A stretch of DNA of 64,000 nt, from IMG/VR virus record IMGVR_UViG_3300025418_000011; one strand, 5' to 3'. The notes beneath the pieces were generated by a model. That model was not told the DNA's origin, searched no databases, and saw only the letters and a list, made by a program, of their open reading frames with translations. Made by a program: the position numbers and the translations under genes. Shown piece after piece: positions 9,148 through 17,710 of this stretch (the first letter of the stretch is position 1; each line of letters opens with the position of its first letter). Origin of the DNA: a virus.

Positions 9148-9203
9148 TATTTTAGATTTAATCAGGGAATACATATTCCCACAAAATATACTTAAGGCTA
9201 AAT

Positions 9204-10712
9204 ATGGATACATTAAAAAATATATTAAAAAAAGCCATAGAGCTCGCCGGGTCTCAGAATGACCTAACAGGAAATTTAAATCCTGCTGGTGTTGGTACCT
9301 CTCTTCGCCCTAATCTTCCCGTAGACAGAGAAGATCCTAATAGCGTTAAGAGTGCGGATATAAAGATAAAGCCTTCGCATAAAGGACTTCTTCATCAGAG
9401 TATGGGGGTACCCGAGGGTGAAAAAATCCCTGCATCTAAATTAGAATCATTAAAAGCTCATGGAACACCGGCAGAACGTCGTAGAGCTAACTTTGCTTTG
9501 AACGCCCGTAAGTGGCACCACAAGAAAGGGGCAGATGCAGCACATCCTGGTCTTTGGGCCAATATCAGAGCAAAGAGAGCTCGTGGTGGAAAGCCGGCTA
9601 AGCCAGGAGATGAGGGGTATCCCGACAGAAAAAACTGGAAAAAATTAACACATCAAAAGAAAGCAAATTTAAATGAAGCTGCTCCTATTGTAGACTCTGA
9701 GGCTCAAAGGAAAAAAGATGCCATTTGGTCTGCTATTGGTAATGGTACTGGTGGAGCCGTTGGGGGAGCGGTGCTTGGAGGATATATAAGCATGCTTCAC
9801 CCAGAAGTACAAAAAGCGTATTTAAACAAATTGATGGGTAATGTAAAAGATTCGTTTGATGGTATGAGAGATGAGTTTGGTGAAGGATGGAAAAAGCTAG
9901 ATACACCCGTTTCTTTTGGTAGTGGATCTTTTGGTCCTGAAGAAAGAGCCGCACGAGCAGAAGCAATACAGAGAGCTTTGGCTAAAAAAAGAATTCTTAA
10001 ATTGGTAGGAAGAAACGCCGCAATAGGTGCAGGCGCACTGGGAGCAATAACTGGATTAGCGGGTTATGCTAATGCCAGGGCGGGACATGGAGCTCATCAC
10101 GAGCAATTAAAAGAAGCGGGTGAAGGAAGCATCCCTGATGTGGGAGCTCCTCACACTCTTCCACACCCAATGGACCCCGATCAGGCTATTATGGGATTAA
10201 CTAGTACTTTTGGTAATGAGCCTAAAGCAACTCCTGCTCCTACACCTATCCCTACACCAACTCCTTTGCCACACTATCCTGCTAGTCAGAGTGCTGAAGG
10301 ATTTGGAGCTCCTGCGGATACTAATTTCTTAAATCAGATGCAGCAACTGCAAAAAGAGCATGACAAGACTCTTCCGCTTGCGCATCCCCATACTCAGCAA
10401 CCCGCAGCCGTTGGGCAGAAGCTTGGAATGTATTTAGCGGCGTTGAAGAAGTTAGCTGCTGCAAATGTGGTTATGCACAAGGAAGATAAAAGCCCTTCTG
10501 GTGGTTTAACGCAACACGGCAGAGATAAATATAACAGAGCCACAGGCAGCCATTTAAAGGCTCCTGTTACTCAGAAGAATCCCACAGGAAAAGCAAAAGC
10601 AAGAAGAGCCTCTTTCTGTGCGCGTATGCGTGGAGTAAAGGGACCTATGAAAGATGAGCACGGCAGACCCACACGTAAAGCTTTAGCTCTTAGAAAATGG
10701 AACTGCCATTAA
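9204..10712 (+). CDS. Mosaic putative head-internal protein made of small basic domains (C-terminal DUF6321-like)
   Basis: Modules: KPSHKGLLH...RRRANFALNARKW; HPGLWANIRAKRARG; Gly zipper; KSPSGGLT...RRASFCARM...RKALALRKWNC. They are separated by K-x-A motifs. Confidence 0.7.
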   Translation: MDTLKNILKKAIELAGSQNDLTGNLNPAGVGTSLRPNLPVDREDPNSVKSADIKIKPSHKGLLHQSMGVPEGEKIPASKLESLKAHGTPAERRRANFALNARKWHHKKGADAAHPGLWANIRAKRARGGKPAKPGDEGYPDRKNWKKLTHQKKANLNEAAPIVDSEAQRKKDAIWSAIGNGTGGAVGGAVLGGYISMLHPEVQKAYLNKLMGNVKDSFDGMRDEFGEGWKKLDTPVSFGSGSFGPEERAARAEAIQRALAKKRILKLVGRNAAIGAGALGAITGLAGYANARAGHGAHHEQLKEAGEGSIPDVGAPHTLPHPMDPDQAIMGLTSTFGNEPKATPAPTPIPTPTPLPHYPASQSAEGFGAPADTNFLNQMQQLQKEHDKTLPLAHPHTQQPAAVGQKLGMYLAALKKLAAANVVMHKEDKSPSGGLTQHGRDKYNRATGSHLKAPVTQKNPTGKAKARRASFCARMRGVKGPMKDEHGRPTRKALALRKWNCH

Positions 10713-10730
10713 AATATAATAAATAAACCT

Positions 10731-10817
10731 ATGAACTCTGAAATATTTGCTTTATTTAACTTTTTACTTCTTCCTTTAACTGCCATTTCTCTGGTTTATT
10801 GGCAGGGAATCAAGTAA
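10731..10817 (+). CDS. Small membrane peptide (28 aa)
   Basis: Own translation: MNSEIFALFNFLLLPLTAISLVYWQGIK; fills the intergenic gap. Confidence 0.4.
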   Translation: MNSEIFALFNFLLLPLTAISLVYWQGIK

Positions 10818-10822
10818 GTTAA

Positions 10823-11773
10823 ATGAAAGACGGAGGCATGAGTTACTTGCTTAAATTAGCAGGTTTAAAACCTAGGGCCTCCAAGGATGTGGTATTTGTT
10901 CACGGAATGCATGGCGATGAGCCTGCTGGATCTATTGCGTTAGAAGAAACAGCTACCCCTGGAGTTGATGCCGGCAATCACACAGGAGAGAGAAAACTAG
11001 ATGGCAAGGATCTTAATAGGCATGTAGATGGGGATAGCTCTATATTAAAAAAGGTACTAGAGAAGAAACCTAAACTTGTGGTAGACCTTCACGAGGATAG
11101 GGACAGTGAAGGTGTTTATGCCTATAGCTCTCCTGATAAGAAAGAACTAGTTAAGAGGCTATTAAAATCGGTAGGCGGTCTAGAGGTAGCTAAAAGTGGA
11201 GATGGTGAAAAGACAGACCAGGGAGTTATATCAAATGGTAGAGAACCATATAGTGGAACTCTAGAAAAGGCATTAGCTAAAAAAAAGATACCTTATGTAA
11301 CTCTAGAGACTCCTGGTAAAAAAAAGTTAAAAGACAGAGTGAATTATCAGAAAGAATTTATTAACAAGATAAAAAAAGCAGATATACATGGCGAGTTCCA
11401 ACCTGATTATACGCCAAACCAATTGAAAGAGATGGGTGCGTATGGTGAAGTGTATGGGCCTAAAACTGCCCCTAGATTAGCTAGTCTTCCTGAGTGGCCT
11501 CAACATTGGTATCATCCTGCAGACCCTCATGGCTGGCTCCAATGGTATAAGAGGTATAGCGAAGGCAGAAGAATGGAAGATGATGAGAGGCAGATAAAAA
11601 GATGGAAGGCTTTTAAAGCTCGCCATGGTGGAAATGCATTTAGATCTAATCCAACTCCTCGTAGAGCATATGCGCTGCGTAATTGGGCGATAGATCCTAC
11701 AAAACTTGTTAAAAATCCGGAAGCTTTAAAGAAATTGATGGATGAATACAGGGCACGTAAGTATAATAATTAA
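10823..11773 (+). CDS. M14-family (AstE/AspA/MpaA-like) zinc peptidase fused to a conserved domain of unknown function
   Basis: HGMHGDE, DLNR, DLHE and TLETP motifs. After KKA comes a domain with DPHGWLQWY..Y..GRR..DDERQIKRW. Start could be 10838. Confidence 0.75.
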   Translation: MKDGGMSYLLKLAGLKPRASKDVVFVHGMHGDEPAGSIALEETATPGVDAGNHTGERKLDGKDLNRHVDGDSSILKKVLEKKPKLVVDLHEDRDSEGVYAYSSPDKKELVKRLLKSVGGLEVAKSGDGEKTDQGVISNGREPYSGTLEKALAKKKIPYVTLETPGKKKLKDRVNYQKEFINKIKKADIHGEFQPDYTPNQLKEMGAYGEVYGPKTAPRLASLPEWPQHWYHPADPHGWLQWYKRYSEGRRMEDDERQIKRWKAFKARHGGNAFRSNPTPRRAYALRNWAIDPTKLVKNPEALKKLMDEYRARKYNN

Positions 11774-11775
11774 TT

Positions 11776-12486
11776 ATGCCATATAAATCTAAAGCCCAAG
11801 CCGCATACTTTAATATCCATCGCAAAGAATTAGAGCGCCAGGGTGTTGATGTGGATGAATGGAATGAATCCTCTAGAGGTAAAAAGCTTCCCTATCATGT
11901 TAAAAAAGAAAAGAAAGCTGGCTGGTTTAATGGTAGACAGATTCCTGATAAAGTTTTGCAAGCTATTAGGGATGGAGATTATTCTCTTTTGTCATCTATG
12001 GGTAAAAATGGAAATAGAGTTAAAGCCCGTCAGAATGCCTTCACTAAAATTAATCCGTTACCTGCGGATATTCCTAATCCTAGCGCGATCACCACAGAGC
12101 AGCTGATCTTAGGCTTACCTGTGCGTAGACCTTCTGGACCATATAATCGTAACAATTATATTCATAATGATTCACATGGAGCCATGATAGTTCCTTCTGC
12201 AGCTGAAATCGCCTTATGGAAAAAGTTAAATTTAAATAATAATGTAAAGCTTGCTAAATCCTTAGAACTCAGGGAGCTGATAAAGGCTAAAAAAATGAGT
12301 GACAACAAAGACTACATTAACAAGAATGAAGTCCTTAAAAAGTTATTAGCTAAAAACCCAGGGGCGTTCAAAGTAGACAGCCATCTCAATAGTGGCTATG
12401 TAGGAATCACCCACAAGAAGTCTGGATTTAGAATACATGTACCTAAAAGGTTGGTACCGTCTAAATTAATACATCCAGAAGTTTAA
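11776..12486 (+). CDS. Mosaic putative head-internal protein
   Basis: N-terminal MPYKSKAQ...KKLP module, then KKAG, a middle domain, VKLAK, and a basic C-terminal domain. Confidence 0.6.
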   Translation: MPYKSKAQAAYFNIHRKELERQGVDVDEWNESSRGKKLPYHVKKEKKAGWFNGRQIPDKVLQAIRDGDYSLLSSMGKNGNRVKARQNAFTKINPLPADIPNPSAITTEQLILGLPVRRPSGPYNRNNYIHNDSHGAMIVPSAAEIALWKKLNLNNNVKLAKSLELRELIKAKKMSDNKDYINKNEVLKKLLAKNPGAFKVDSHLNSGYVGITHKKSGFRIHVPKRLVPSKLIHPEV

Positions 12487-12632
12487 TACTTCTTGTTGTA
12501 CTCGGCTTGGAGTATTTTCCAGTCCCTGCTCTTATATTTAGTTTTACCTGGACCTCCGGGATATGGGTATGTGCAGCTTGTTATTGTTAAAAGCAATAAA
12601 CCCAACAAAGATTTATTCTTCCAAGAGGTCAT
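12483..12632 (-). CDS. Small lipoprotein (49 aa)
   Basis: Own translation: MTSWKNKSLLGLLLLTITSCTYPYPGGPGKTKYKSRDWKILQAEYNKKY; signal peptide with lipobox ITS-C. Confidence 0.6.
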   Translation of the reverse strand: MTSWKNKSLLGLLLLTITSCTYPYPGGPGKTKYKSRDWKILQAEYNKKY

Positions 12633-13008
12633 TTTTTAAAATATCTGGATCTTCCAGTAGAGAACCTACTACAACAGAGTCATCCACATATTCATACAGT
12701 GGAGAATAGTTCCCATCTTCTACACAAACACAGTACATACCCTTGTAGAACTTAACTAGATATTTCTCCAAATCGTCTGTGGAGAATATCACATCTCCCT
12801 CGTATATTTCTTTTCCTGCTTTGTCTTTAAGACCGGTGTATTCCTCTATTACCACATCTTGTTTCTTAAACCACCTATACTCTGTTTTTCCATTCTTGCC
12901 TGTGGTTAAAGTCCAGCTGTAGTCATAATCCAGAGAAAGATTAGACAATGGAATGTATTTTTTCCATTCTGGATGCCAAGCTCTGAATTTATAACCACCC
13001 TCTCTCAT
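12613..13008 (-). CDS. yopX: YopX family protein
   Basis: KFRAW ... EEYTGLKDKAGKEIYEGDVI signature; ATG at 13008 preferred. Confidence 0.9.
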   Translation of the reverse strand: MREGGYKFRAWHPEWKKYIPLSNLSLDYDYSWTLTTGKNGKTEYRWFKKQDVVIEEYTGLKDKAGKEIYEGDVIFSTDDLEKYLVKFYKGMYCVCVEDGNYSPLYEYVDDSVVVGSLLEDPDILKNDLLEE

Positions 13009-13010
13009 AT

Positions 13011-13211
13011 TCAAAGTTTTACGTTCTTACCCTTCTCTATAGCCTTTAACTCTTTGTTAATCTCTTTTTTAGTCTTTAGTCTATATCTATCTCCTTCTTG
13101 TACAACCATACCCTCAGCGATCAGATATTGCAGAGAAGCAACTATTTGACGCTTAAGCTCATCCTCATCGAGATCCTCTTCGTCTTCTTCATCTTCGCCC
13201 CAGTTTCTCAT
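13011..13211 (-). CDS. Hypothetical acidic protein
   Basis: 66-aa ORF in the - strand operon. Confidence 0.6.
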   Translation of the reverse strand: MRNWGEDEEDEEDLDEDELKRQIVASLQYLIAEGMVVQEGDRYRLKTKKEINKELKAIEKGKNVKL

Positions 13212-13426
13212 AAATCACCTATTTCTAGTATTTCCTCTGTTCTAGCAACAATTCTGGCCTCTAGGTCGGGAACGCTTAATTTCCAGTTTCTTAATTTTTG
13301 AATAGCGCCATATAAAACAACCCCACTATTAGTTTCATTAAATGGAAATTGCCCATCTTGGCTGTCTAACCATTCGGCATCTGCGTCATCAAAGATTTGT
13401 ATAACGTATTTTTTATATTCTTCCAT
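13208..13426 (-). CDS. Hypothetical protein
   Basis: 72-aa ORF, ATGA-type overlap with the next gene; TTGCTT-17-TAGCTT upstream. Confidence 0.6.
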   Translation of the reverse strand: MEEYKKYVIQIFDDADAEWLDSQDGQFPFNETNSGVVLYGAIQKLRNWKLSVPDLEARIVARTEEILEIGDL

Positions 13427-13477
13427 GTGTGTAAGCTATACCTATTTTTTATGCTAAGCAAGTAAATTTATTTTATA

Positions 13478-13522
13478 TACCCCCCCAGTAAAAATTAACT
13501 TTTTTTAGGGTATAGTATTATG
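13478..13522 (+). promoter_or_regulatory. Putative phage-specific bipartite early promoter, copy 2
   Basis: TACCCCCCC at 13478 and GGTATAGTATTATG at 13509 (31-nt offset, same as copy 1). Confidence 0.7.
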
Positions 13523-13585
13523 TGAGCAACCCAGTTTTGGGACCTGCCCGCACTTTGTTAACCATTAAAAAACTATAAGAAACAT

Positions 13586-14251
13586 ATGGATAAGCAGTTC
13601 TACGCTATGGGCATGATGCTCAAGATGTACGAGATGATGGATGAAATCAAGAGTGACCTGGAGAAACTGAGCAAGCAGTTTTCTACACCAACTTTATCCG
13701 GAGTTGAGCTCCTCATACAGAAAAAGAAGATGGCGAGGGAGGCCTATCTGCATAAAGCCCAAGAAGTCGCACAGAAAATGAAGATGGAAAGAGACGCCTA
13801 TGTGCGCAGGGCACAAGAACCTGCCCCAGTTATGAAAACCCAGGGAAAAGTAATTGGTAAAATTCTGGGAAACTGGCGCAGGGCTAGGAATCTAACAGCT
13901 GAACAGTTGAGGGAAAAACTTGTAGATTTTCCTCAATACACCAGCTCATCAGGAAGGAAGATTCGTTCTGTTACATCAATAAGCATTATCCGCAACGTTG
14001 AAAATGGAAATAACTGGCCAAATGCCAAATTTCTAGAACAGCTTGTGGGTATCTTGAATATTCCTTCAGAAAGTATCGACAAAATTGTTCGATTACTTCC
14101 TAGTCATGTATTGAGGGATATCGAAGATATGAATATTGATCTATACAGAGAAGCTGGAAACACTGCAGGAGTTATTAAAGCTCCCTCTGTGGAAAGTAAG
14201 CTAAAGATCAAGCTGGACGAGCTCTCTGATAAGCTCGCTAACGCAATCTAA
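13586..14251 (+). CDS. XRE/Cro-C1-type HTH protein with N-terminal coiled coil
   Basis: LGNWRRARNLTAEQLREKL ... IRNVENGNNWPNAKFLEQLVGIL; short tandem repeat M[AE]R[ED]AY...AQE. Confidence 0.7.
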   Translation: MDKQFYAMGMMLKMYEMMDEIKSDLEKLSKQFSTPTLSGVELLIQKKKMAREAYLHKAQEVAQKMKMERDAYVRRAQEPAPVMKTQGKVIGKILGNWRRARNLTAEQLREKLVDFPQYTSSSGRKIRSVTSISIIRNVENGNNWPNAKFLEQLVGILNIPSESIDKIVRLLPSHVLRDIEDMNIDLYREAGNTAGVIKAPSVESKLKIKLDELSDKLANAI

Positions 14252-14272
14252 CCGAAAGGTTGGTTAACAAGA

Positions 14273-14316
14273 AAAGGGGAGTGGCTAACGCTGCTCCTCT
14301 TTTTTTAGCTATCTGC
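14273..14316 (+). terminator. Intrinsic terminator with GCTAAC loop and TTTTTTTAGCTATCTGC tail
   Basis: Stem GGGGAGTG/TGCTCCTC with G-U pairs, T-run 14300-14306; preceded by an AACC-GAAA-GGTT GNRA hairpin. Confidence 0.75.
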
Positions 14317-14344
14317 GCTATAGTTAATAATATATAATATAACC

Positions 14345-14506
14345 ATGAGTAAATCAGAAGTTATATTCTGGTGGGTTATGCTCGCTTGGGCGTTATTCTA
14401 TTATTCTCAAAGTGCAGATATTTCTGTTGGGTTTTTTACATATGGTGGAGCTGATGATATATTTGTTACCGTAAAAAGTTGGGTTGAGTTTATTTTTAAA
14501 AAGTAG
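14345..14506 (+). CDS. Small membrane protein (53 aa)
   Basis: Own translation: MSKSEVIFWWVMLAWALFYYSQ... Confidence 0.45.
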   Translation: MSKSEVIFWWVMLAWALFYYSQSADISVGFFTYGGADDIFVTVKSWVEFIFKK

Positions 14507-14559
14507 TTGAATATATTTCATCATTGCTCTATTTTTAAAAAAATAGAATTAATGAGCTC

Positions 14560-16107
14560 ATGGGATATAATAACTTTCAAGCTAATCTTATAGATGACTT
14601 AGATTGTTATATTAAAAAAACAAATCAAGCCGGAAGGTTGTTTAAGCATTGGGACGGCATGACATACGGGCCTAGTGGATTTCCTTCTGAATCTTCGACG
14701 GAAGATATTGATGTTGTTGGTCCGTTTACAAAATATTGTATGAGGTTGGTTGATAGAGATCAACTTCATTCATTATATAATAATGTTATAAACGCAGTAT
14801 TGGCCCAAGCCACATGTGGCGGAACAATCCAAATAAAATGTTCCGCCAACTCTGCAGGCCAGGGTTGCGCCTCTTACTCAGAAGGACCATTCAGGTGTAT
14901 AGATGCTTTTACTGGTGGGTATTATAACGAATATTCATACATTTATGACGGAGGATCTGTCGAGTCTAGTGTAGACTTTGAATCTAGCTGTCCTGCAGCG
15001 TATCAAATAAGAGCGAGATGCATATATTATCCTATATGTTTAGATGATGGTGCGGAATATTTTTATCAAATTTGTGACATGGCTCAATTATACCAAGGAC
15101 CCTACAGAGCAGAAGATTGCGTCAACATATTTAGCCTTAATACGTATGTTCAATCAGGAAAAAATGGTAATTTCACATTAGAGAGCTCTACGCCTTTAAA
15201 TTCTTTAAATTTTAGTGCATCTAGTCTTGGTTTGCTGGTGGCAGGATCTAATTTTATAGGCATACCTGTAAATGTAAAACCTTACCCAGAGGGACCGCCT
15301 AATAGATATAGTTTTTTACAAAGCAGCCTTGGCGGAGTCTTAGCGTATGTATATAAAGAACCTTGTGGAGGAGATGGGGCGGGAAGTTATGAAGAAATTC
15401 CAGGAGATAAATCTTGGTATGCTGTGGGTGTTTTTGCTAACGATCAATCCTCAGAACACCATGCGGATCAGTGTGGGTCGATCGTATATGCAGGTACACA
15501 TGTAGACAATTTTATAACAAATGCAGGATCTGACGAGGGCTACGCTGCAGCAGGAGCTCAAGGATCAGGAACAAGTTCAAACGTATTTATACTTACTTAT
15601 ATACCAAGTATTCCAAGGCTAGGTTTTAATGTTGCCCAGGTGGGCACAGATCCCGAAACTGCAGAATTTTGGTGGGATCCAGGAATTATTGTAAATGCTT
15701 CTCTTATAGCTTATGCCGCCGCCCAGGGATCTGGAAGTACTGTTGGACAAGATGAGGGGGACAAAAGCGATCCTAGGTGTCCTAACTATCTGTTCCAGTG
15801 TAATGGACCTAGTGATAGTTGTAATTCATTTGTAAATTTTGATTTCTTGGCGAGTACTTTGGGAGGCCTGCCTAAGCCAAATTGGATGGACAGTATAAAT
15901 ATTTTATATTATTTTGAAGACCAAATTATTCAGGGATATAGAGCCTGCCAAATGCATACACCAACCGGAGCCCCGACTGGAAGATTTTACGCTGATAGCT
16001 ATGGTGGCAATACTCCTGCTTATTCACACGCTAGCCTTGAATGGGATGTAACTGGAATGCATAATTTTACAGTAAAAGTAAACACTCAATCCTTGCGTGA
16101 TTTATGA
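14560..16107 (+). CDS. Cys-rich putative virion/extracellular protein
   Basis: 515 aa, about 17 Cys, Gly/Ser/Tyr-rich; no family recognised. Confidence 0.5.
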   Translation: MGYNNFQANLIDDLDCYIKKTNQAGRLFKHWDGMTYGPSGFPSESSTEDIDVVGPFTKYCMRLVDRDQLHSLYNNVINAVLAQATCGGTIQIKCSANSAGQGCASYSEGPFRCIDAFTGGYYNEYSYIYDGGSVESSVDFESSCPAAYQIRARCIYYPICLDDGAEYFYQICDMAQLYQGPYRAEDCVNIFSLNTYVQSGKNGNFTLESSTPLNSLNFSASSLGLLVAGSNFIGIPVNVKPYPEGPPNRYSFLQSSLGGVLAYVYKEPCGGDGAGSYEEIPGDKSWYAVGVFANDQSSEHHADQCGSIVYAGTHVDNFITNAGSDEGYAAAGAQGSGTSSNVFILTYIPSIPRLGFNVAQVGTDPETAEFWWDPGIIVNASLIAYAAAQGSGSTVGQDEGDKSDPRCPNYLFQCNGPSDSCNSFVNFDFLASTLGGLPKPNWMDSINILYYFEDQIIQGYRACQMHTPTGAPTGRFYADSYGGNTPAYSHASLEWDVTGMHNFTVKVNTQSLRDL

Positions 16108-16137
16108 TTTTGGTATAATTTAAAAAAAATAAAATAT

Positions 16138-16389
16138 ATGCCTGACCCTACAAATAATCCTCCTATACTAGTTTCTCCTGCGGTTCCAACAAACGTTAGT
16201 GTGCGAACCTCCTCTTCTGGAAACTTAACAAAAGATCAATTACAGCTACTTATAGAAGCAATAAAAGAGTCTAATATAATTACTCTTCCTGAAGGCCAAG
16301 ATTTTTCAAATGCCGTTAATATCAGTATTTTTAAAATTGCTACAGGTAATGGTAGATTTAGTGTTACGATAGAAAACTCCCCCCTTTAA
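16138..16389 (+). CDS. Hypothetical protein, paralog of 8887..9147
   Basis: See 8887..9147. Confidence 0.65.
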   Translation: MPDPTNNPPILVSPAVPTNVSVRTSSSGNLTKDQLQLLIEAIKESNIITLPEGQDFSNAVNISIFKIATGNGRFSVTIENSPL

Positions 16390-16421
16390 ATTTTTCCTTT
16401 TTTTAAGGTATAATATTTTGT

Positions 16422-16439
16422 ATAGGCGCTAACGCCTAT
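16422..16439 (+). promoter_or_regulatory. Hairpin ATAGGCG-CTAA-CGCCTAT just downstream of a GGTATAAT -10 box
   Basis: Perfect 7-bp stem; the GCTAAC core matches the loops at 651 and 14284. Confidence 0.5.
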
Positions 16440-16467
16440 TAGATATTAACCAATAGCTAAAAAAGAA

Positions 16468-16737
16468 ATGGGCGGAATGGTAGAAACACACATGCGGAAA
16501 ATTCCTGACGGCATGAGCAGATTTCAGGCTTTTAGGGAGATAGATAATTGGCTCTCTAATATGAGTGATGACTCTGATTTCAGGATCACGTCGTCTGATT
16601 TAAAGATATTGAAAGAAAGTGAGTTTGAAGAAGCTTGGGAAGCTCAGGAGAATCTGAAGAAAACTCCAGAGATAAAAGAAAAATATAAAAACCTTACAAA
16701 AGAAGAAAAAGTCATATACATTGAAATAGTCTGGTAA
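16468..16737 (+). CDS. Hypothetical protein
   Basis: 89-aa ORF. Confidence 0.6.
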   Translation: MGGMVETHMRKIPDGMSRFQAFREIDNWLSNMSDDSDFRITSSDLKILKESEFEEAWEAQENLKKTPEIKEKYKNLTKEEKVIYIEIVW

Positions 16738-16739
16738 TT

Positions 16740-16841
16740 ATGAAAAAAACAAAAACAACACGCAGGGTATCCACAGTGAAGAAGGGGAATGTAACTCTCC
16801 GTAAAACAGTTACACTCACTAAAACAGTTAAGAGTAGGTAA
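16740..16841 (+). CDS. Very basic 33-aa peptide
   Basis: Own translation: MKKTKTTRRVSTVKKGNVTLRKTVTLTKTVKSR. Confidence 0.45.
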   Translation: MKKTKTTRRVSTVKKGNVTLRKTVTLTKTVKSR

Positions 16842-16850
16842 TTTTTAGCT

Positions 16851-17468
16851 ATGAGAACAAAGGTAACTCAGAATGTAAAAAATTTTTTGGGGGACCTTGT
16901 GGCTACCTGTTACAGCAATAACGTTACGCTAAAGCTCCTGTATCAAAAGCAGATTAATTTGGGTAAAATAAAGTGCAGTGGAATGTTTGATCAGAAGAGC
17001 TTGCAGGTAGCCATAAACAACGATCTAGAAATCTGGTTGGGAGTATTGGTGCATGAGAGTTGCCATATGGACCAGTACATAGAGGACATACCTATATGGA
17101 GAGAAATAGATCCTTACCTCCGGCGTGTGGATAGATGGCTGGCAGATCCACAATATAAGATATTAAAAAAAGCAGAGTCTTTTGAAAAAGTCATAGAGCT
17201 AGAGCTAGACTGTGAGAAGCGGGCAGTTAAAAAAATAAAGGATTATAAACTTCCTTTAGACTTAGAGGAATATGTCAAAGGGGCTAACAGCTACCTGTTT
17301 GCTTATGGGGCCACAATGATCCATAGAAAGTGGTTCAAGCACCCATACAAAAAAGAAAAGATAAGAAAGAAAATGCCCAAGCGCTTCTTGAGCCTGGGTG
17401 ACTACACAAACCAAAACCACCCTGTATTAGAATTATACGGGCAGGTATACAGAAACACAAAAAATTAA
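16851..17468 (+). CDS. Putative zincin-like metallopeptidase (HExxH)
   Basis: VLVHESCHMDQ plus a downstream ELELDCE. Confidence 0.65.
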   Translation: MRTKVTQNVKNFLGDLVATCYSNNVTLKLLYQKQINLGKIKCSGMFDQKSLQVAINNDLEIWLGVLVHESCHMDQYIEDIPIWREIDPYLRRVDRWLADPQYKILKKAESFEKVIELELDCEKRAVKKIKDYKLPLDLEEYVKGANSYLFAYGATMIHRKWFKHPYKKEKIRKKMPKRFLSLGDYTNQNHPVLELYGQVYRNTKN

Positions 17469-17590
17469 ATGTATAAGGAAGCTTACATAATTAACAGATA
17501 TGTCTGAGGAAGCTGACAAACTCGAAGGTATAACAATGGAAGAATGGTATAGTGGGTTTGCCAAAATAGAAAGCACAGACCCAGCAGTTA
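17459..17590 (+). repeat. 132-bp direct repeat, copy 1
   Basis: Matches 19800..19931 with 3 mismatches by eye. Confidence 0.95.
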
Positions 17591-17682
17591 ATCATGGCTT
17601 GGGTAGATATGTTTGTAATGACAGGCGTCCCGCTGTTAAGTTTTATTGGGACGCTCCAGAAGTAATTGTGAACGGTAGATAA
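17500..17682 (+). CDS. Hypothetical protein; first ~30 aa nearly identical to 19841..20161
   Basis: MSEEADKLEGITMEEWY[SG]GFAKIESTDPAV. Confidence 0.6.
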   Translation: MSEEADKLEGITMEEWYSGFAKIESTDPAVNHGLGRYVCNDRRPAVKFYWDAPEVIVNGR

Positions 17683-17710
17683 TGTTCCCGCTATTGATTG
17701 GGATAAATCT

